A stretch of 64,000 nucleotides of DNA, from NCBI GenBank assembly GCA_045541115.1, contig JAZQIM010000011.1:83310-147309 (forward strand), given 5' to 3'. The notes under the pieces were generated by a model. That model saw nothing but the letters and a program-made list of their open reading frames with translations, was not told where the DNA came from and ran no database searches. Position numbers and translations under genes: made by a program. The stretch comes from Candidatus Aphodoplasma sp. GTDB taxonomy: Bacteria > Bacillota > Clostridia > UBA1381 > UMGS1253. The number at the start of each line of letters is the position of its first letter. Within the stretch, counting starts at the first letter, position 1. Below, piece after piece: positions 36,497 to 46,559 of this stretch.

Positions 36497-39400
36497 ATGC
36501 TGGCAATTTATCTTTCAGCAATAGGTTATGCATTACTGTTTGCGCTTGTATATCATTCTTTTTGTAAGCCTGCTTTGGCAAAGCCGCAGCAGCCAACAAA
36601 GAAACTATATCCTGTTTTAATAATCCTTTTATGTGCATTTGCAGTGCGCATTATTCTTGCTGCAAATAATATCTATCATAAAACCGATATTACGTGCTTT
36701 AAAGCATGGGCAGAGATGGCGTTTAAAGATGGACTTAACAGCTTTTACACATCTGACGCCTTTACGGATTATCCGCCCGGATATATTTACGTTTTGTATC
36801 TGATTGGTGCGCTTCGTTATGCATTTAACCTTGCCTACGATTCAGTGCTTTATACTGTACTAATTAAACTGCCCGCAATAATATGCGACCTTATAACAGG
36901 CTTTGTTTTATACAAGCTGCTCGTTAAGCGCACAGGCTCAAAAATTGCCTGCAGTCTGTCTTTTCTGTATCTATTTAACCCCGCAGTTATAATAAACAGT
37001 GCCGTTTGGGGACAGGTTGACAGTATATACACGCTTTTTGTAGTCGCATTTATATACTACATATCCGAAAAAAAGCTTCTGCACGCTTGTATTTTCTATA
37101 CAATCGGTTTTCTTATAAAACCGCAGACAGTTATATTTACACCCGTACTTCTTGTGTATTTATATCAGATTCTGTTTATGGGCCCGAATTTAAGCGAATC
37201 ACGAAAAGAATCGATTAAACAAATTGCCATAAGTATAGTTACTTGTATTGTTCTGCTTTTCGTTTCATTTATCCCATTTACACAGAATTTCGATTTTATG
37301 CCCATAATAAAACAATACATCGCGACACTTTCATCGTATCCGTACGCATCGGTTAACGCTTACAACTTCTTTGCGCTGTTTGGCGGCATATGGCGCGATG
37401 TAAATCAGATGTTTCTGCTTTTGCCATACTCTGCGTGGTCAAACGTCGTAATCGTTTTAATCGTTTTTGTTTGCATATACTTCTTTATAAAACGCGGCGG
37501 AAATGTAAATCTGTTTATGCTTGGCGCATTTATAATTACGATGATGTTCACTTTTGCGGCAAAAATGCACGAACGCTATGTGTTTGCGGCAATAATTCTT
37601 CTTTTTATGGCATTTTCTCAAAAGAAGGATGTGCGCATACTTTTCGCAGCCGCTTTTTTAAGTATCGGTCAGTTCCTTAATACTGCTATGGTGCTTTATC
37701 AAGACGTCATGTTCTCTACTACTGCACCGCCTGCAGGCGCATATGTGCCGATTGTATCTCTTATAAACATCGCGGCATTTATCCTGCTTTCTTATGTGAT
37801 GGTTACACAAAGAGAAAGCGTTATAAAAACAGCAGAAGAGAAAGTAAAAAAGAAGATACAAAAAGAATCAACGCCTTTTGAGTATATGCGCTCCGAAAAG
37901 AAGATGCAAATCACTCGCATCGATGCAATTATTATGGCAGCAGTTACTCTTATATACAGTGTCGTTGCTTTTATAAACTTAGGCGATATGAAAGCTCCCG
38001 AAACGCTATGGACAAGCGAGCATGTCGGCGAAGGCATATATGTCGAATTTGAAAACACGCCAAATATTTCTTCTGTAAAGTGGTTTACGGGCCCATACGA
38101 AGAGAAAGATGTCCTTTTGCTTATAACTACCGAGGATGATTCTGTTATAGAAGCAAAGCAAACCTTAGATTCAGTATTTTGCTGGCACGAATTTAGCGTT
38201 GGCATGAATGTAAAGAATGTGCAGGTAATATCTCTTACCCCGAAAGCCGCGATTTTTGAGCTTGCGTTTGTAGACGAAAATAACGCTGTGATTGCTCCGT
38301 CAAACATATCACCTATACAAATCGACCGCGGCATCAATCTCCTTTTTGATGAACAAGATACCGTTCCTGCCGTTTTCTCCTATAAAAACGGAACATATTT
38401 TGACGAAATATACCATGCAAGAACGGCATATGAACATATACATGGCTTAAAAGCATACGAAAACACCCACCCGCCGCTCGGCAAAATACTTATAGCGCGC
38501 GGCATACTCATTTTTGGCATGAATCCGTTTGGCTGGCGCTTTGTAGGAACGCTCTTTGGCGCTTTGATGCTTCCATGCATTTACCTTTTTGCTAAAAAGC
38601 TTTTCAAAAAAACAAGCGTGGCATTTGCAGCAATTATGCTTATGGCAACAGACTTTATGCACTTTGCGCAGACTAGAATTGCAACCATTGACGTGTATAT
38701 CGTATTCTTTATTATACTTATGTATTATTTTATGTACGATTATACAACGAAAAGCTTTTATGATACACCTTTTAAAAAGACGCTTATTCCGCTTGCGCTT
38801 TGTGGCGTAAGTATGGGACTTGGCATCGCGACAAAATGGACTGGTGTATACGCCGCAATCGGACTTGCGATAATGTTTTTTATATCCTTTGGAAGACGGA
38901 TTTATGAATATAAAAAGATAATGAGTGATCCGCGAACGACAAAAGAACAGAAAAGAGCTGTTGCACCTTGCAAAAGATACTGTACCCATACAATTTTATG
39001 GTGCATACTATTCTTCGTTATCGTTCCGATAATTATATATATTCTTTCGTATATACCATATCTTCGTGCGCCGGGCATGAATGGGATTTCAAGCGTAATA
39101 GATAATCAGTTTACTATGTTTTCATACCACTCACAACTTAAGGAAACTCACCCATTCTCATCGAGCTGGTTCCAGTGGCCTGTCATTACCCGCCCGATTT
39201 GGTATTATAGTGGCAATATAACAGAAACAACGCGCGAAACTATCGTTTCTCTCGGCAATCCGTTCGTTTGGTGGATTGGAATCGGCGCGCTTGCATACTG
39301 CATTTATAAGATGCTTAAAAACAAGAGCTATAACGCACTGTTTCTTATAGTGGCATGGCTTGCACAGTATCTGCCGTGGGTAGGCGTTTCAAGAGTTGTA

Positions 39401-39649
39401 TTTATCTATCACTACTTTACATGCGTACCATTTGTAGTGCTTATGATTTGCTATCTGATAAACGATGTCTTCACTCAATATCAGGCGCCCGAACTGGTGC
39501 TTTCGAAAAAACGTGCATACATTGCCGTAGCTTTCTATATTACTGTATGTATTATTGCTTTTATTTCGTTTTATCCGGTTTTGTCGGGTATGAGTGTGCA
39601 AACAACGTATATAGATAGCTTAAGATGGTATAAAAGTTGGATTTTCTAA
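36497..39649 (+). CDS. Double GT-C membrane glycosyltransferase: N-terminal GT-C module fused to a C-terminal PMT/GT39-like polyprenyl-phosphate-sugar dependent module
   Basis: 1050 aa, more than 20 TM. N-module: FTDYPPGYIYVLY. A central soluble segment of approx. 130 aa follows. C-module: YFDEIYHARTAYEHIHG...ENTHPPLGKIL, the DE + HPPLGK motifs of protein O-mannosyltransferase-like enzymes. Confidence 0.75.
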   Translation: MLAIYLSAIGYALLFALVYHSFCKPALAKPQQPTKKLYPVLIILLCAFAVRIILAANNIYHKTDITCFKAWAEMAFKDGLNSFYTSDAFTDYPPGYIYVLYLIGALRYAFNLAYDSVLYTVLIKLPAIICDLITGFVLYKLLVKRTGSKIACSLSFLYLFNPAVIINSAVWGQVDSIYTLFVVAFIYYISEKKLLHACIFYTIGFLIKPQTVIFTPVLLVYLYQILFMGPNLSESRKESIKQIAISIVTCIVLLFVSFIPFTQNFDFMPIIKQYIATLSSYPYASVNAYNFFALFGGIWRDVNQMFLLLPYSAWSNVVIVLIVFVCIYFFIKRGGNVNLFMLGAFIITMMFTFAAKMHERYVFAAIILLFMAFSQKKDVRILFAAAFLSIGQFLNTAMVLYQDVMFSTTAPPAGAYVPIVSLINIAAFILLSYVMVTQRESVIKTAEEKVKKKIQKESTPFEYMRSEKKMQITRIDAIIMAAVTLIYSVVAFINLGDMKAPETLWTSEHVGEGIYVEFENTPNISSVKWFTGPYEEKDVLLLITTEDDSVIEAKQTLDSVFCWHEFSVGMNVKNVQVISLTPKAAIFELAFVDENNAVIAPSNISPIQIDRGINLLFDEQDTVPAVFSYKNGTYFDEIYHARTAYEHIHGLKAYENTHPPLGKILIARGILIFGMNPFGWRFVGTLFGALMLPCIYLFAKKLFKKTSVAFAAIMLMATDFMHFAQTRIATIDVYIVFFIILMYYFMYDYTTKSFYDTPFKKTLIPLALCGVSMGLGIATKWTGVYAAIGLAIMFFISFGRRIYEYKKIMSDPRTTKEQKRAVAPCKRYCTHTILWCILFFVIVPIIIYILSYIPYLRAPGMNGISSVIDNQFTMFSYHSQLKETHPFSSSWFQWPVITRPIWYYSGNITETTRETIVSLGNPFVWWIGIGALAYCIYKMLKNKSYNALFLIVAWLAQYLPWVGVSRVVFIYHYFTCVPFVVLMICYLINDVFTQYQAPELVLSKKRAYIAVAFYITVCIIAFISFYPVLSGMSVQTTYIDSLRWYKSWIF

Positions 39650-39668
39650 AAAGTGAGGTGCATATAAA

Positions 39669-40613
39669 ATGATTAAATACAGCATTGTCGTACCGCTTTA
39701 TAACGAGGAGCTTGTCATTGAAGAGACGCACAAACGCCTATCAGAAGTGATGCTCTCTACGGGCGAAGAATACGAAATAATATTTGTAAATGACGGCAGC
39801 CGTGACAAAACATGCGAGCTTGCAAAACAGATTATGAAAAACGATTCTCATATCTGTCTTATCAATTTCTCGCGAAACTTCGGACATCAGACTGCAATTA
39901 CTGCCGGCATGGATAACGCAAGAGGTCAGGCAATCGTCGTAATTGACGCCGATTTACAGGATCCGCCCGAAGTAATACTCGATATGATTCAAAAATGGAA
40001 ACAGGGATATGACGTTGTGTATGGACGCCGCAGTGTACGCGAAGGCGAAACGGCATTTAAAAAGGTTACTGCAAAAGTGTTTTACCGTGTTTTATCTTCT
40101 CTTACAAGCATCGATATCCCTACCGATACGGGAGATTTCCGTTTAATTGACCGCAAAGTATGTGATGCGATGAAATCAATAAAAGAAAAAAACCGCTATG
40201 TTCGCGGTCTTGTAAGCTGGCTTGGTTTTAAACAGACTGACGTAACATATGTGCGCAAGCAGCGCTTTGCAGGCGAAACAAAATACCCTCTCAAAAAGAT
40301 GCTTCGCTTCGCTTCGGATGCTATAACATCGTTTTCTACAAAGCCTTTAAAGCTTTCATCATACATCGGATACTCTCTTTCGCTCGCAAGCTTTGTATAC
40401 CTTATTTACGTGATAATCAGAAAATTAACTGTCGGCGATTTTGATTCCGGTTGGGCATCAATAGTTGCTATAAGTCTGTTCTTTAACGGTGTTGTTTTGA
40501 TCGCTCTCGGCATTATGGGCGAATATATAGGAAGAATATATGACGAGTGCAAAAACAGACCTCTATACGTTATTGCCGAAAAGCTCGGTTTTGATGAGAA
40601 TACGGAGGAATAA
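39669..40613 (+). CDS. GT2 polyprenyl-phosphate glycosyltransferase (GtrB/CsbB/ArnC-like) with 2 C-terminal TM helices
   Basis: YSIVVPLYNEE, VNDGSRD, VIDADLQDPPE, GDFRLIDR motifs, and a C-terminal TM pair. Confidence 0.85.
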   Translation: MIKYSIVVPLYNEELVIEETHKRLSEVMLSTGEEYEIIFVNDGSRDKTCELAKQIMKNDSHICLINFSRNFGHQTAITAGMDNARGQAIVVIDADLQDPPEVILDMIQKWKQGYDVVYGRRSVREGETAFKKVTAKVFYRVLSSLTSIDIPTDTGDFRLIDRKVCDAMKSIKEKNRYVRGLVSWLGFKQTDVTYVRKQRFAGETKYPLKKMLRFASDAITSFSTKPLKLSSYIGYSLSLASFVYLIYVIIRKLTVGDFDSGWASIVAISLFFNGVVLIALGIMGEYIGRIYDECKNRPLYVIAEKLGFDENTEE

Positions 40614-40614
40614 T

Positions 40615-41457
40615 ATGCGAACTCTCGACTCAATTGAAATTACCAATGCAGTAAAAAAACTTTGTATGGATGCAAATTACTATCTTCCGTGCGACATAAA
40701 ATCCGCATTAGAAAAATCGCGCGCTGCAGAAAAGTCGCATAGCGCAAAGTTAATTCTTGACGACATTTTAAAAAATGCCGAAATTGCAAAAACGGATAAT
40801 ATGCCGATATGTCAGGATACGGGAATGGCTGTTTTTAAAGTTGAGATAGGCCAAAACGTACACATCAGCGGCAAAAATATTACCGATGCAATCAACGACG
40901 GCGTTATGCAGGGCTATCGTGACGGATATCTTCGAAAGTCCGTTGTGGCAGACCCGCTCAGGCGCACAAACACAAATACAAATACCCCTGCGATAATTCA
41001 CTATGACATAGTAGACGGCGATAAGGTCCGCATAACTTTTGCGCCAAAAGGCTTTGGCAGCGAAAATATGGGCGCACTTGCTATGTTAAAGCCCGCCCAA
41101 GGCATAGACGGCGTAATAGATTTCGTATTAAAAACAGTTGAAAACGCCGGCTCAAACCCTTGCCCGCCGATAGTTGTCGGTGTTGGAATTGGCGGCACGA
41201 TGGAAAAAGCCGCATGCCTTGCAAAATACGCCCTTATGCGCCCCATCGACTCGAGAAACTCTGATGAGTTTTATGCCGACCTTGAAGATACGCTCCTTGA
41301 AAAAATAAATGAGCTCGGCATAGGTCCGCAGGGGCTTGGCGGAAGCACGAGCGCACTTGGCGTAAATGTCGAAGTGTTTGCGACACATATCGCAGGACTT
41401 CCTGTCTGTGTAAATATAAACTGTCACGCGACGCGCCATCTTCAAATTATTATTTAA
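40615..41457 (+). CDS. Fe-S type hydro-lyase alpha subunit (class I fumarate hydratase / L-tartrate dehydratase alpha)
   Basis: ATG 40615 after GGAGG. PICQDTGMAVF, FAPKGFGSEN, VGVGIGGT motifs. Approx. 280 aa, alpha-domain only. Confidence 0.8.
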   Translation: MRTLDSIEITNAVKKLCMDANYYLPCDIKSALEKSRAAEKSHSAKLILDDILKNAEIAKTDNMPICQDTGMAVFKVEIGQNVHISGKNITDAINDGVMQGYRDGYLRKSVVADPLRRTNTNTNTPAIIHYDIVDGDKVRITFAPKGFGSENMGALAMLKPAQGIDGVIDFVLKTVENAGSNPCPPIVVGVGIGGTMEKAACLAKYALMRPIDSRNSDEFYADLEDTLLEKINELGIGPQGLGGSTSALGVNVEVFATHIAGLPVCVNINCHATRHLQIII

Positions 41458-41586
41458 TTTTTTGTTTATACTCAAAAAAATGTGGGTATATATATAGTAC
41501 ATAAAATTATTTAAAAACTAAACACGATTTTAGTAGCAAAAAACAACTCTTTGGTGTGAGTTTTTAAATAGAAGGAGTTGATGGTT

Positions 41587-42129
41587 ATGATGAACTTTAT
41601 CATTACAGGTAGAAAGGTAGACGTTACGGACGGAATTCGCGACAGAATTCACAAGCGCCTCGGAAAGCTCGAAAAATACTTTAAGGACGAGCCTGAAGTT
41701 CGCGTAACACTCAGCGTTTCAAAAGACAGACAGACAATCGAAGTAACAATTTTCTCTAAAGGCGTTATTTATCGCGCTGAAGAAACTGATGCAGATTTGT
41801 ATGTGGCTATCGATAAGGTTGTTGATGTTATTGAAAGACAGATGCGTCGCCATAAGACGCACCTTGAAAAGAAGCTTAAAAAAGAAGCCCTTGATGCTCC
41901 GTATGAAGGCTTTGAGCCATTAGCAAAGGATATAGACGAAGAGGCTGAATTTAAGGTTGTAAAGGTTAAAAAATTTGCTTTTAAACCGATGAGCGTTGAA
42001 GAAGCAATCCTTCAGATGAATTTGCTCGGTCACACATTTTTTGTGTTTGACAATTCTGAAAATGATGCGATAAGCATTGTGTACAAAAGAAAAGACGGCA
42101 ATTATGCTTTGATTGAGCGCGAAGAATAA
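41587..42129 (+). CDS. hpf: Ribosome hibernation promoting factor, long form
   Basis: MNFIITGRKVDVTDGIRDRIHKRLGKLEKYF plus a C-terminal dimerisation domain (FKPMSVEEAILQMNLLGHTFFVF). The start codon is ambiguous among 41581/41587/41590. Confidence 0.9.
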   Translation: MMNFIITGRKVDVTDGIRDRIHKRLGKLEKYFKDEPEVRVTLSVSKDRQTIEVTIFSKGVIYRAEETDADLYVAIDKVVDVIERQMRRHKTHLEKKLKKEALDAPYEGFEPLAKDIDEEAEFKVVKVKKFAFKPMSVEEAILQMNLLGHTFFVFDNSENDAISIVYKRKDGNYALIEREE

Positions 42130-42151
42130 TATAAAAAATCATTAGTGTATA

Positions 42152-42192
42152 GCGGGCGCATACAGGGATGTCACTATTCCTGATGCGCCCGC
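42152..42192 (+). terminator. Strong GC hairpin after hpf (no clear U-tract)
   Basis: GCGGGCGCAT..CAGG...CCTG..ATGCGCCCGC, a 10+4 bp stem. Confidence 0.4.
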
Positions 42193-42210
42193 ACTCGTAT
42201 GAGATAAATT

Positions 42211-42945
42211 ATGGGAGTGAGGTTATTGAACGAACAATTTATACGAACTGCGCTGCTTATAGGCACAGGCGGCATAGAAAAGCTGCAAAATGCACATGTT
42301 GCGGTTTTTGGAATAGGCGGTGTCGGCTCTTTCGCTGCAGAAGCATTAGTGCGCGCAGGAGTGGGCACACTAGACTTTTTTGACAACGATACAGTCAGCC
42401 TGTCAAACATAAACCGCCAGCTTATCGCTCTTCACTCCACCGTGGGAAAAAGCAAGGTCGATGTAATGCGCGAGCGTGCACTCGATATAAATCCCGATGT
42501 GAAAATAAATGCATACAATACCTTTTATGACGCTACAAGCGCCGATAAATACGATTTGTCGAAGTATTCTTACATAATAGATGCCATAGACACCGTCACA
42601 TCAAAAATTTTGCTTATCGAGCGCGCATCTGAACTTAACGTACCGATTGTAAGCTGTATGGGCGCAGGAAACAAGCTTGATGCTTCGGCATTTGAAGTAA
42701 GCGATATATATAAGACGTCTATGTGTCCTTTGGCAAAGGTTATGCGATACGAGCTTAAGCGCCGCGGCATAAAAAAATTGAAGGTTGTGTATTCAAAGGA
42801 AAAACCACTCGTGCCAAAAGACGAATTTATAGAAATAGGAAAAATAAAAGGTAACCGCACACCCCCGGGAAGCATATCATTTGCGCCTTCTGTGGCAGGG
42901 CTCATTTTAGCGGGCGAGGTTATACGTGATCTTACAGGTGCATAA
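42211..42945 (+). CDS. tcdA: tRNA threonylcarbamoyladenosine dehydratase (ThiF/E1-like, TcdA)
   Basis: 244 aa: VAVFGIGGVGSFAAEALVRAGVGTLDFFDNDTVSLSNINRQ Rossmann/E1 motif. Confidence 0.8.
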   Translation: MGVRLLNEQFIRTALLIGTGGIEKLQNAHVAVFGIGGVGSFAAEALVRAGVGTLDFFDNDTVSLSNINRQLIALHSTVGKSKVDVMRERALDINPDVKINAYNTFYDATSADKYDLSKYSYIIDAIDTVTSKILLIERASELNVPIVSCMGAGNKLDASAFEVSDIYKTSMCPLAKVMRYELKRRGIKKLKVVYSKEKPLVPKDEFIEIGKIKGNRTPPGSISFAPSVAGLILAGEVIRDLTGA

Positions 42946-42989
42946 AAACAATTTTATAAAAATAAAAAGGACGTATTTTACGTCCTTTT

Positions 42990-43199
42990 TTAATCTATCG
43001 AAAAGTCCTCTTCACTATAGTTTGTATCCAGTGCGCCTCTTCTTCTGACCTTCTTTTTAAATATATCATATTTATATTTTTTGCACACATAATTATACTC
43101 TACTACGCCATATTTTTCACAAAGCACCTGATTCGTGCCGGGTATTAGCTCTGCCTTTTGGCAAAGAGCGCATTTAGGTTCAATATCCGGATCGTACAT
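42990..43199 (-). CDS. Small Cys-containing conserved-looking protein (69 aa)
   Basis: CALCQK...LCEKYGVVEYNYVCKKY; RBS GAGGTTGA upstream; function unknown. Confidence 0.5.
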   Translation of the reverse strand: MYDPDIEPKCALCQKAELIPGTNQVLCEKYGVVEYNYVCKKYKYDIFKKKVRRRGALDTNYSEEDFSID

Positions 43200-43228
43200 A
43201 TTATCAACCTCACATAATTATCTGCATT

Positions 43229-44044
43229 TTAGTGTCGCGTAAGAACTTCTTGGTGCGACTCATTTACTACGCTTTCTATTTGCTCATCGCTAATATTCAT
43301 TGTGCCTTCCCCGCATTTAAGGTGCATCAAATATTCGATGTTTCCCTCCGGTCCTTTTATCGGCGAATACGTCAGTGCACACACATCAAACCCGTTTTCA
43401 ACACCGTAGCGCGCGCATTTTTTTATAACATCAATATGGACAGTGCTATCACTTACGACGCCTTTATCTCCCACCTGCTCACGAAGTGCCTCAAACTGCG
43501 GTTTTACAAGCACTGCAGCCTGTCCGTCTTTAACCATAATTTGCTTCATGACGGGAAGTATAAGAGATAATGATATAAACGATACATCGACTGACACAAA
43601 ATCAATAATATCGTCGAGCTGCTCACGCTTTAAAAAGCGCACATTAGTCCTTTCCATATTCACAACGCGACTGTCTTCACGAAGCTTCCATGCAAGCTGG
43701 CCATATCCGACATCGACACTGTAAACCTTTTTTGCACCATTTATAAGCATGCAATCGGTAAAACCGCCTGTAGATGCGCCTATATCCATTGCGACCTTAT
43801 CTTTAAGCTCGATTCCAAATTTTTCTATCGCCTTTTCAAGCTTCAAGCCGCCGCGGCTTACATATTTTCTGTTTTTATCACGCACTTCAATATGTGCATC
43901 CTCGCCTATCTTTTGTCCCGGCGTATCGCATCTTACCTCACCTATATATACCACGCCACTCATAATAAGTGCTCTTGCCTGCACGATATCGTCGGCAAGT
44001 GCGTGCGATACTAAAAACTCATCGGCTCTAATCTTTTTTGCCAA
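43229..44044 (-). CDS. tlyA: TlyA-family rRNA 2'-O-methyltransferase (S4 + FtsJ domains)
   Basis: The TTG start at 44044 lies 8 nt after AGAGGGG and gives LAKKIRADEFLVSHALA... (S4 domain). SAM motif DIGASTGGFTD. Confidence 0.85.
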   Translation of the reverse strand: MAKKIRADEFLVSHALADDIVQARALIMSGVVYIGEVRCDTPGQKIGEDAHIEVRDKNRKYVSRGGLKLEKAIEKFGIELKDKVAMDIGASTGGFTDCMLINGAKKVYSVDVGYGQLAWKLREDSRVVNMERTNVRFLKREQLDDIIDFVSVDVSFISLSLILPVMKQIMVKDGQAAVLVKPQFEALREQVGDKGVVSDSTVHIDVIKKCARYGVENGFDVCALTYSPIKGPEGNIEYLMHLKCGEGTMNISDEQIESVVNESHQEVLTRH

Positions 44045-44048
44045 ATTA

Positions 44049-45929
44049 CTAACCCCTCTTTTTTTCAATTACATCTATAGCCCAGTTAAATATAGCTTCA
44101 TCGTCCATCCTATATTTGTGATAAATATCTTCTGGTTTTGCCTGCGAAACAAATTCGTCATAGCCACGATTTTCAAAAATTGCCATAACAGAGTTTTTCT
44201 CAAGCAAAAGTCCTATCGCCTCACCGACGCCGCCTTTCATTACGCCGTCTTCAAGAGTAAGCACAGCGAGCGTCTTTTTTGCAGATGCCAAAATAGTATC
44301 TTCATCAAGCGGATTTAGCGTAGAAAGATTTATTACCTCGGCGTATATGTTTTTTTGCTCAAGTTTTTTCGCTGCAGTTATCGCGTCAGACAGAAAATGA
44401 CCTGCGCAAATTATCGTAACGTCATCGCCTGCACGCACAATACTACTTTTGCCAAATTTAAACTCAAGTTTCTCTCCAGTATACTGCTTGTTTGCGCGAG
44501 GATATCTGATAGCAATCGGTCCCTGATGATTACATATCGCATATCGCATCATCTGCTCAAGCTCATAAAAGCTTGACGGCGCAAGAATTGCCATGCCCGG
44601 AATCTGTCTCATAAATGCAATATCAAAAACGCCCTGATGCGTCTCTCCATCGCTGCCTACAATGCCCGCGCGGTCTATCGCAAATACTACGTGAAGGCCT
44701 TGCAGTGCAACATCGTGAATTATCTGGTCGTATGCTCTTTGTAAAAATGACGAATATATACATACTACCGGTATAAAACCGCTTATTGCAAGTCCCGCCC
44801 CGCTCGTTACTGCGTGCGATTCACATATGCCGACGTCAAAAAATCGTTTAGGCATCTCGTGTGCAAAGTACTTTAGTCCACTTCCAAGCGTCATCGCAGG
44901 GCTTATTGCAACAATCTTTTCATTTTCTTTTGCAAGCCGCAACAAATTGCGCCCAAATATCGCCGAATAATCCGCCGTATATTTTTTCCTTATGACACTG
45001 CCCGAATTTACGTCAAAACGTGATATGCCGTGAAATGCTTGTGGCTTCGTTTCAGCCGGCTTATATCCGTATCCTTTCTTCGTGCACACATGCACTATCA
45101 CAGGGCCCTTCGTCTTTTTTGCATATTCAAGCATTTTCGATACCTTTTTTATATTGTGTCCATCAACAGGCCCAAGATATGTAAAGCCAAGGTCTTCAAA
45201 CATATTATCCTGCATCAGAACATGCTTTATAGTATCCTTTATTTTTCTTAAAAACGACGATATCTTTTCGCCAAGCGGCAGCTTATCGAGTGCATGCTCC
45301 ATTATATATTTAAATTTCACGTACGAGCCTCGTGTACGTATTTTTGATAAATATTCACTCATACTGCCAACATTTTTGCTGATACTCATCTCGTTATCGT
45401 TTAGTATTACTATCAAATCATTTTTCGCATTTCCGGCATCACATATTGCCTCGTATGCAAGCCCACCCGTGAGTGCGCCATCGCCTATAAGCGCTATAAC
45501 CTTATGCGTATCTTCGTTTAAGTCGCGTGCGCGCGCAAGTCCGAGCGCCGCCGAAATTGATGTAGAGCTATGGCCTGTATTAAAACTGTCGTATGCACTT
45601 TCCTGCGTTTTTGGAAAGCCGGAAAGCCCGCCTTCCTGCCTTAAAGTATCAAACATATCTTTTCGTCCGCTTAAAATTTTATGAACATACGATTGATGGC
45701 CTACATCAAACACTATTTTATCTTCAGGCATATTAAAAACTCGGTGAAGTGCCACTGTAAGCTCTACCACACCGAGATTTGAAGCGAGATGTCCTCCGGT
45801 CTTTGATACTGATTCAATTAAAAATTCGCGTATCTTTAAACACAATACATCAAGCTCATCTATACTCATCGATTTTAAATCTACCGGAAAATTGTACCCA
45901 TCAAGACCTTTAATCATTGTATACACCAT
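44049..45929 (-). CDS. dxs: 1-deoxy-D-xylulose-5-phosphate synthase
   Basis: 626 aa: GGHLASNLGVVELTVALH, GDGALTGG TPP motif, transketolase-like C-terminal domains. The true start may be the ATG at 45917. Confidence 0.95.
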   Translation of the reverse strand: MVYTMIKGLDGYNFPVDLKSMSIDELDVLCLKIREFLIESVSKTGGHLASNLGVVELTVALHRVFNMPEDKIVFDVGHQSYVHKILSGRKDMFDTLRQEGGLSGFPKTQESAYDSFNTGHSSTSISAALGLARARDLNEDTHKVIALIGDGALTGGLAYEAICDAGNAKNDLIVILNDNEMSISKNVGSMSEYLSKIRTRGSYVKFKYIMEHALDKLPLGEKISSFLRKIKDTIKHVLMQDNMFEDLGFTYLGPVDGHNIKKVSKMLEYAKKTKGPVIVHVCTKKGYGYKPAETKPQAFHGISRFDVNSGSVIRKKYTADYSAIFGRNLLRLAKENEKIVAISPAMTLGSGLKYFAHEMPKRFFDVGICESHAVTSGAGLAISGFIPVVCIYSSFLQRAYDQIIHDVALQGLHVVFAIDRAGIVGSDGETHQGVFDIAFMRQIPGMAILAPSSFYELEQMMRYAICNHQGPIAIRYPRANKQYTGEKLEFKFGKSSIVRAGDDVTIICAGHFLSDAITAAKKLEQKNIYAEVINLSTLNPLDEDTILASAKKTLAVLTLEDGVMKGGVGEAIGLLLEKNSVMAIFENRGYDEFVSQAKPEDIYHKYRMDDEAIFNWAIDVIEKKRG

Positions 45930-45946
45930 CTTTTGTTTTTCTTTTT

Positions 45947-46537
45947 CTACCTTTTATTTCTCCTTGCCGGCACAAAAACTTTCTTTGCATAATATGCGAT
46001 TTTCCCAATTATAAATACGATTGTATTGTTGTTTTTTATCGCAATTCCCTTTCCTGCCGCCTTTCCGCCAATCATGAGTGCTGCTACAATACCGGCAAAA
46101 ATGAGGTTTAACAAGGTTGAATTCTGATTTGAAACTGCGCATATAGAAACGACAATCGCCGTAGTCATTGCGCCGCTGATAATGCCCGCAATATCTCCTA
46201 TTACGTCATTACACACACTTGAAATCTGCTGTGCACTTCGTATGATAGAAACACTTTCCTTTGCACCGCTGATTTTCTTTGCTGCCATCGCGTGAAAAGG
46301 CTCTTCGCTTGCAGTAGATACCGCCATGCCTATTATATCAAACATAATTCCGAGCATAATTATAAAAAGCAGTACGACAATCGCCGTATATAATCCAAGC
46401 TCCTCAGCACCCGACGTAAGCACGCTCATCGTTACAGTCAAAAAAAATGCTAATACTGTAACGATTAACGTCCATTTATGGCTGATTTTTACGTTTTGCC
46501 CGGCCGCTTTAACCTTTATCCCCTGACGTTTTCCCAA
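45947..46537 (-). CDS. oapA: OLE-associated protein A-like small membrane protein
   Basis: 196 aa, approx. 4 TM, TTG start. Located between an OLE-like RNA and dxs-tlyA, exactly as oapA is in published OLE loci. Contains an NDVIGD (DxxxD-like) segment in a TM region. Confidence 0.6.
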   Translation of the reverse strand: MGKRQGIKVKAAGQNVKISHKWTLIVTVLAFFLTVTMSVLTSGAEELGLYTAIVVLLFIIMLGIMFDIIGMAVSTASEEPFHAMAAKKISGAKESVSIIRSAQQISSVCNDVIGDIAGIISGAMTTAIVVSICAVSNQNSTLLNLIFAGIVAALMIGGKAAGKGIAIKNNNTIVFIIGKIAYYAKKVFVPARRNKR

Positions 46538-46559
46538 TTTTTTATCAACTCCATAATAT

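Noticed and set aside
40540-40614. Upstream extension of the fumarate hydratase alpha ORF
   Set aside because: It overlaps the GT2 gene's 3' end. The ATG at 40615 follows GGAGG and matches family N-termini.
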